Assembly: GCF_009914755.1 (NCBI RefSeq)
Contig: NC_060927.1
Direction: 5' to 3' (one strand)
DNA length: 64,000 nt
Origin: the human T2T-CHM13v2.0 reference genome, Homo sapiens
Below, one piece after another: positions 56,168 to 64,000 of this stretch. The first letter of the stretch is position 1, and every line of letters starts with the position of its first letter. A program made the translations under genes and the position numbers. The notes under the pieces were generated by a model that saw only the letters and a list, made by a program, of their open reading frames with translations, made no database searches and was not told the origin of the DNA.

Positions 56168-56452
56168 AATCATCTATCTATCTATCTATTTATCTACAGA
56201 TGGAGTTTAGTCTGTTGCCAGGCTGGAGTGCAGAGGCATAATCTCGGCTCACTACAACCTCCGCCTCCCAGGTTCAAGCGATTCTCCTGGGACTACAGCC
56301 ACGCGCCGCCAAGCCTGGCTAATTTTTGTGTTTTTAGTAGAGACAGGGTTTCACCATATTGGCCAGGATGGTCTCTATCTCCTGACCTCGTGATCCACCA
56401 CCTCGGCCTCCCAAAGTGCCAGGATTTCAGGCGTGAGCCACCGTGCCCGGGC
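56120..56452 (-). mobile_element. AluSc-like with (ATCT)n-converted tail and a small internal deletion
   Basis: (tcta)n at 56120-56195 directly precedes the antisense Alu body; attctcc joins tgggactaca. Confidence 0.88.
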
Positions 56453-56579
56453 ATAATCTTAGATATTTTTAAATTAGTAAATGATTGGTTTTTCGATTGT
56501 GTTAGGCAAAATTTTAGAATGGCACCCCAACAATGTCCTGACCTTATCCTCAGATCCTACAAATAAGAAATTGACCTTA

Positions 56580-56891
<312 letters not shown>

Positions 56892-57236
56892 AAACCTTAA
56901 AATGAAGATATAATGTATGAAGAACTGATTTAATTACATGAATCGTTTTAAAAATAGAGAGCCTTCTCCAACTGATGGCAAAAAGGGAAGTCTGAGAAAT
57001 GCCAATTGTGAGAAAGACTTAATACACAATTCCTGTATATTATCTGATCATTTATTTTACTGTGTAGCTTATTTAAAAATTAAGTATGAGTTAGTCAGAT
57101 TGTCTCATCTGTCTAAACCAATGCCTGATTTGAAGATGGAGGCGGCCACATGAGAAGAAGGCTGTGGCCTCTGGAAACAGTGAGTGGCCTGTACCTGACA
57201 GCCAGCAAGGCTACAGAGATTCCAGACTCACCACTG

Positions 57237-57848
<612 letters not shown>

Positions 57849-59639
57849 GCTGTTAAAATTAGATTTTGCTAACCACATGACTTAGCTTAAAGTGGATTCT
57901 TTCAGTTTCCAGACAAGTGCCTATTTGTAGGTTAAGTATTGTGAGATATTGTCCAGACAAACCAGCCAAACCCACCTGAACATCTGACCTACAGACCTGT
58001 GAGATAATAAATAAATGTTTACTAAGCTAAAAAGTTTATGTTAATGCATTATGTAGCAATATAAAATTAATACATGCTTTCAAAAACTGTACATAACTTT
58101 GCTTTTGTGATTATTAAACTTATATTTCATTCAAGGAGCAAAAGTCATATGCCTCATCAGTTCTAGGAAATAAGGTAAACAAGATTGTCCTCTGAAATCA
58201 AAATTGTGAACTAAAGAGATAGATGCCCAATTTGCCTTAAATCAGCAGATTATAAATTTTTGGACATGATTCCAATTTAATAAAACTATGAAATCCTTTT
58301 CTCAGAGAAGAAAAGAAACTTGCATTTATAGGCACACTTTGTGTGGAATATCTAGATTGATTATAAGACACTGTATCTAACAGGACAACTCCAGTACCCA
58401 TAGAGCATAAACATAAAATAGTTTAACATATCAACCTAATCAGAAAAAAATCTTAATCGTTTAGAATAAGGTAAATTTCACACACATTTTGCAGGGTCAT
58501 AGGCACAAAGGGATGCAATGCCAACTAACTAACTCACTGTCCTGAAGCAGTTCCCTGATGCCCTATGTAAGTATCTGGCAAACTTTGCTATATTATCTCC
58601 AACTGTTAGAGCCTGTTGGATTTTTACTTTCATTTGTTAAACTATGTCTCTTTTATCTGAGCATTAACTCAGCCTCTGATTACTTGTTCTACTGGGTAGC
58701 TTATTTTAAAATTAAGTATGAGTTAGTCAGATTGTCTCACCTATCTAATATCCTGGGAGTGATACCTCATATCATATCTTTTAAATTTTATTCTCAATCT
58801 TTCTTAGCTTTACTGACATAAATTAACATTACCCAGCTGAAACAGCTTTAGGATGGTGATGAGATTGAGTTTCTTGTTCTGCAAGCCAAATGTCAATCTG
58901 GACAATGATTAATTCATTAAGATACTAGTATGCGTGGCCAGAAGTTCTCCTCCAGATGACACCCTCACTTCCTTTTGTGGGTCTTAATTGAACTTGTCCA
59001 CATTTAAAAAATAATTTCACAGGCTTAGTATTAACAATCTTTTTAAAAAAAATTTAATGTAGGAGTTAAATTAAATTTCATTATAGCACATTGTTCATAG
59101 CTGAGGTTAAAAAGGCCAGTAATAAATTAGTGCTTAGAATGGTCAACATTCAGGGTACTAATTAAAAAGGTGGACTTCATTTACAACTTTTTGTCAAAAC
59201 AACTTATGTTATTTCCTTTGACACCACTGGAAACCTTTCAATTAACTACCAACTACAGGAACTGAGAACTCATTGGAAAATTAATGAAAACTACTTTTCT
59301 ATTTTTTATTGTGCTTCCTTCACTCTTTTCTTTCCTAAAAAGTATATAATCATAAAAAGTAAGACATAACTCAAATGTCTGAATAAATTACTTCAAGTGT
59401 CAATACCTAAAAATTTGAGGGCTTTGAGATATATACTTTGTAGTTCACGTTTTTTTCAGAAGAACTCCAGTTGAATTTGTACTATTTTGCATTGTTAATA
59501 ATATGGCATTATTTCATTAGTTATCTTTAAATGTCGGTGCAACATAGGGTTATAAAATATTCCACTAAGGTAACATAATTTTCTGTCATCACTAGTGTGT
59601 TGTTTCTAAGAGTTTTCTAAGAGTAATAACAAACATAAC

Positions 59640-59980
59640 AGTAATTGTTTTCTATGATTTTATATTTTTAAAATGTTGTCCTTTTTATTCAGATAGTTGT
59701 ATTGTGAAATTTTCTGAGTCTATTTCCTTTTTTGTTTTCTTCATGATATATTTGAAGGATGGAATTTTAAATTTTGATGATATCTAAATCTTTTTATTTG
59801 TTTTTTTTTTTTTTTTTTGTCTTTTATGGTTTGTATTTTTTTATCCTGTCCTAAAAATGCTTTGCCTAACTCATGGCCACAATGATATTTTCCTTTCTTT
59901 TTTTTTCCCCCTGAACTTTAATAGTTTTAGCTTTTGTGTTTAGGTAAATAATCTATTTTTTAATTGCATATAATGTAATT
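59640..59980 (-). mobile_element. Old L1 fragment
   Basis: tttgcctaactcatggccacaatgatattttcct...ttttaatagttttagctttt. Confidence 0.55.
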
Positions 59981-61154
59981 TATATATTTCCATTTTCCTC
60001 TCATGTATTAATGTTATATTTATAACTAGAAATAAAAAGCAACTATTTGTATTTGTGTAAAAAATTCTGTACAAATAATTATTTATAAGTTACTGAGTCA
60101 AAATTGTTTCAAAATGGTTGAAAACACCAAAACTTCCCTAAATGTATTTAACAACACACTCTTTTCAGGGAACAGCATTTTGAAAATCCTTTGAACAATA
60201 ATAAATTTAAATCCTAGTGGAGTTATTTTAAAAATCGTGGGAGAAATTTTGCTGTAGATAAAGGAACAGTGCAGTATCTTTCTAGTAAGCTTGCTTCAAA
60301 GTCCTCCAAATTTAAGAGATTTATCAAGGAAGTGCCTAACAGCTATTACTGTTATCAAAGTAATCAGTCCATTTACTAATGTTCTGAGGGTGAAATGACC
60401 ATTGAATTTTAATGATAACATCAAGCTAAATTCCTGCAAAAGACATACAAGATTGGGAGCATTTTATCTTATTTTGATATGAAGAACTACCTATTCCATT
60501 GGTCCTGTATCTCTTTAAGGAAACAATTAACAAAGTATACAATTGCTACATCAATTTTAATATTTCTAGATCATTTCAAATACATAAAATATGGCATTTC
60601 TGATAGAAAAATGTCTAGATTTTATTTATTGATATCCTCCCCCTCCCTCAAATTATGCTGTATGTATGAATATTTATCCTCATTACTCCAGTGTAACTAT
60701 GCACTTGTATTTTCTTCCATTCTTTAGAAATCACCAGATCTACTCCTTGGATGATAAAGCAATGCAAATTGCAGAAATTAGAGGTGAAATCAAATGGTTG
60801 AAACGAACCCTGCTTTGATCACTTTTTGGCTAAATTGGAGAATTCATTAAGTGTTTAGATCTCAGTTAATGTGTAGGAAAAAATGTCTTTCTTTTAGGTT
60901 TGCAGAGTAGCTTAGACATATAATGTTTAAATCTGTGTATAATTCTAGCCACAAAATCTGTGATCAGAAAATATATTTCCTTTTTCTTCTTTATTGATAA
61001 CAAAAGGAATGAAGAAATTATAGGTCTTTAGAGATATCAGTGTCTTTGGATCATGTGATCTGATGGAAAGAAAGAAAATCAATATTATCTGAGTGTCAGG
61101 GATATAGTAATTGCTTTCACCTATCTTGTTGTATTCTCATGATAGCTTATTGGG

Positions 61155-61578
61155 TGTAACCAACTACATGTTTGTGTTTCCTCACAAACGTTAATCCCCA
61201 TTATGATGATATTAGAAAGTGGGACTTTTAAGAGGTAATTAGGTAATAAAGGTGGAGCCTTCATAAGTGAAATTAGTGCCATTATAAGAAGGACCACAGA
61301 GAGCTCTCTTATTCTCTTTCTGCCATGTGAGGATGCCAACAGAGATAGTAGCTTCTAAGATGGAAGAAGAATCTTACCAGAATTGAGCCTGGTCTTGGAC
61401 TTCCAGCCTCCAGAACTGTGATAAATATTAGGTTAGTGCAAAAGTAATTGTGGTTTTGCCATTTTAATGACCAACCTAATAAGCTTCTGTTGTTTATAAA
61501 CAACCTAGTAAGTCTCTGTTGTTTATAAAACACTCAGTCTATCGTAATTTTTTGTAACAGCTCAAACTGACTAAGACA
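61155..61578 (+). mobile_element. MLT1A-like MaLR LTR
   Basis: ggtggagccttcat...attagtgccattataaga...cttggacttccagcctccagaactgtga...gactaagaca. Confidence 0.85.
61428..61479. mobile_element. MADE1 mariner MITE, right arm internally deleted
   Basis: ttaggttagtgcaaaagtaattgtggttttgccatt...accaacctaa with TA TSD. Confidence 0.85.
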
Positions 61579-62639
61579 TTGAGTTTTATTGTTAATAGTT
61601 TTATAAAATAAAGATCTCAATTGGAAATGTAGAATTGTCCAATCTGTACCATCAGGTTAACAGATCAAAGAGTGGAAACTAAAATTCAGACCTGGTTATA
61701 GATTCTACCATCTTCCCATCAAAACATACTGTTCTCAAGTTTGTGTAGAGCAACAGTTGTTGAAGTATAAGACTTGTGGCATTGTTCTATATACTTAGAA
61801 ATACTAGTGTTTATATTTAGATATAAAATTGTACTTTAGACAATTTAGTAAAAGATATTAAACAATAGACCTGTTTCCCTACATATAAATTAATAATACA
61901 CTACATTAATTTAACACTATATATATATATTTTTAGTTAACTGATATCTAGGTAATGGCAGTATTTTCCTTTAGCAATTAAAAATGGATTCTGAATTTCT
62001 TTTCTCAGAAATTTAAATATATTACATTAAGATGTTAAGACATCTCTTTCAAACTAAGGTTACTTCAAAAATTGGTTTATCAATGTGTTAGTGATAATCA
62101 GAATTTTTTAATATTGTAAAAATAAGAGGTTTTCTAGTGAATGAAAGCTAGAAGAAAATTGAACTTTGATCTCAAAGGACAAATCCTCTTGTAATTACTA
62201 AATTCTGAATATTATATCTATTTTATATGCTCAGCACTATTTTTGTACTTTCAAAATATTTATTAAGGGAATTCAGATTGCTTTTAATGGCTTTCCTTGC
62301 TAATACCTTTATTCAAGGCTCACCATAAGCAAAATTAGACAAAAATCTAATTGAATCATAAGTTTTTTTTTTTAATTTTCAACTGAATCTTTCCTTCCCT
62401 CTTTCCCTCCTTCTCTCTCTTCTTTGTTCTCCACCCCCACTCTCACCACCACAAGGCATATTCTAGTTCCAACACTATAACTAAATAGAAGTAAAGTTTC
62501 ATGACATTCATAAGAGCCATAAAGGAGTATGTCACCTCCAGTCTGTAGCATACAATGTATCTAATAGACACAAGTAGTTACCATATGTTTTAAATTGAAA
62601 ATAAGAACTTAAAATTTGGCAAAGTTTGGGAACATGATT

Positions 62640-62850
62640 TGTAGGTAGTTACAGTAGAGTTAGTTTTAGGTGCCAACATCACAAAATATTCCTGTCTTTC
62701 AGTGATTTATGGTGACAATGAGACAGCATTCATAAAATGAGGATAATAATAAATCTCTTGTTTGGTTGCTGCATGGACTAAGAGAAATAATATTTCCTGC
62801 CTTCATAGAGTATGGCATATGACAACTGTCTAATCCATGGTTAGATAAAG
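62640..62850 (+). mobile_element. MIR fragment
   Basis: cataaaatgaggataataata...ggttgctgcatggactaagagaaataa...tggcatatga. Confidence 0.5.
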
Positions 62851-62961
62851 GTTAAAATGCACTATGCTCATTTTCTTTTGCCACTAGGGATGGACAAGAG
62901 ACTTAGTTTTCGTCAATGGGATTTAAAGGAGAAGATTTGTGCTATTATTAAAATCGTCTGA

Positions 62962-63297
<336 letters not shown>

Positions 63298-64000
63298 TCA
63301 GGATTTATGGAAAATGTGATTTAATTCTTGGAGACATAATGTTAAGATTGTCAGCTGAAACATCACTATGTTAAAGTAGAAAAAGATATTTAAGCATTTG
63401 CATGAATTTTTTGTTTTTTTAAATGTGCGTCTTTTCTTAATCTTGCAAATAAATGTTAACATATTTTTTAAAAAACTTAAGTAGAAAATACATTGTTTGA
63501 TGAAATGATCATTTTAATCCCAAGAAAAGAAAAATTATAAAGCCTGTTCTAAAGGGCAGTAATAGTGTAAGCTGTATCAGTAATTGGAAAGTTGGATGTT
63601 CAGGTAATGAAAATAAACTAGAGTTTTCTTATGGTATGCATTGCATTTAGAGCATATACAGAATTGTTTTTAATCTTTAGCCAAGAATAATAATTTTGAT
63701 GACTATGGCTATTAGTTCTAGATTATAGTAGCATCCAGCTGAGAGGCATTATAGTTATTACTATTATCCCATACAGATTTTTTTTTGTGTATTTTACTTG
63801 GTAAGTTTTAAGTTTGTGGAAGTAAATATTACCTTCAAGGAGTTAATGTGGGTACAATTTTACTGATACTGAACAGACTTAGTGTATGGTTTAGTAAGAC
63901 CAAAAGTTAATAAACTAATTCTAATTAGAATAAAAATCCGTTTATAGAGACTTTACTGAGGCTTTTATGACACTGTTGTGATCATTATTGTTTCCCATTG

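Noticed and set aside
56054-56566. 170-aa ORF
   Set aside because: Translation of an (ATCT)n tract, an antisense Alu and MLT1

Overview
AT-rich primate genomic DNA, probably human intronic or intergenic sequence. The AluJ/S/Y, THE1, MER57 and LTR8 content supports this. There is no CpG island and no recognisable intact protein-coding gene. The ORF track is almost all repeat-derived or random. The window holds about 20 Alu/FLAM/FRAM copies, many old L1/L2/L3/MIR fragments, MaLR/ERVL/ERV1 solo LTRs, hAT and mariner MITEs, and one decayed two-LTR MER57-type provirus (49629-54160, TSD CCAT) with integrase and env remnants. Signals not explained by repeats: a candidate 21-nt frame-preserving microexon with SRRM4-type acceptor context (23742-23762), a dense E-box/GTCT cluster (24731-25000), two possibly coding-derived or regulatory segments on the minus strand (41304-41960, 42698-43240), a perfect 26-bp inverted repeat (8167-8258), a 74-bp templated insertion (57043-57116, matching 58675-58748) and several local duplications. 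Repeat subfamily names come from remembered consensus sequences and are approximate. I could not identify the host gene, and I found no solid evidence of a new biological system.
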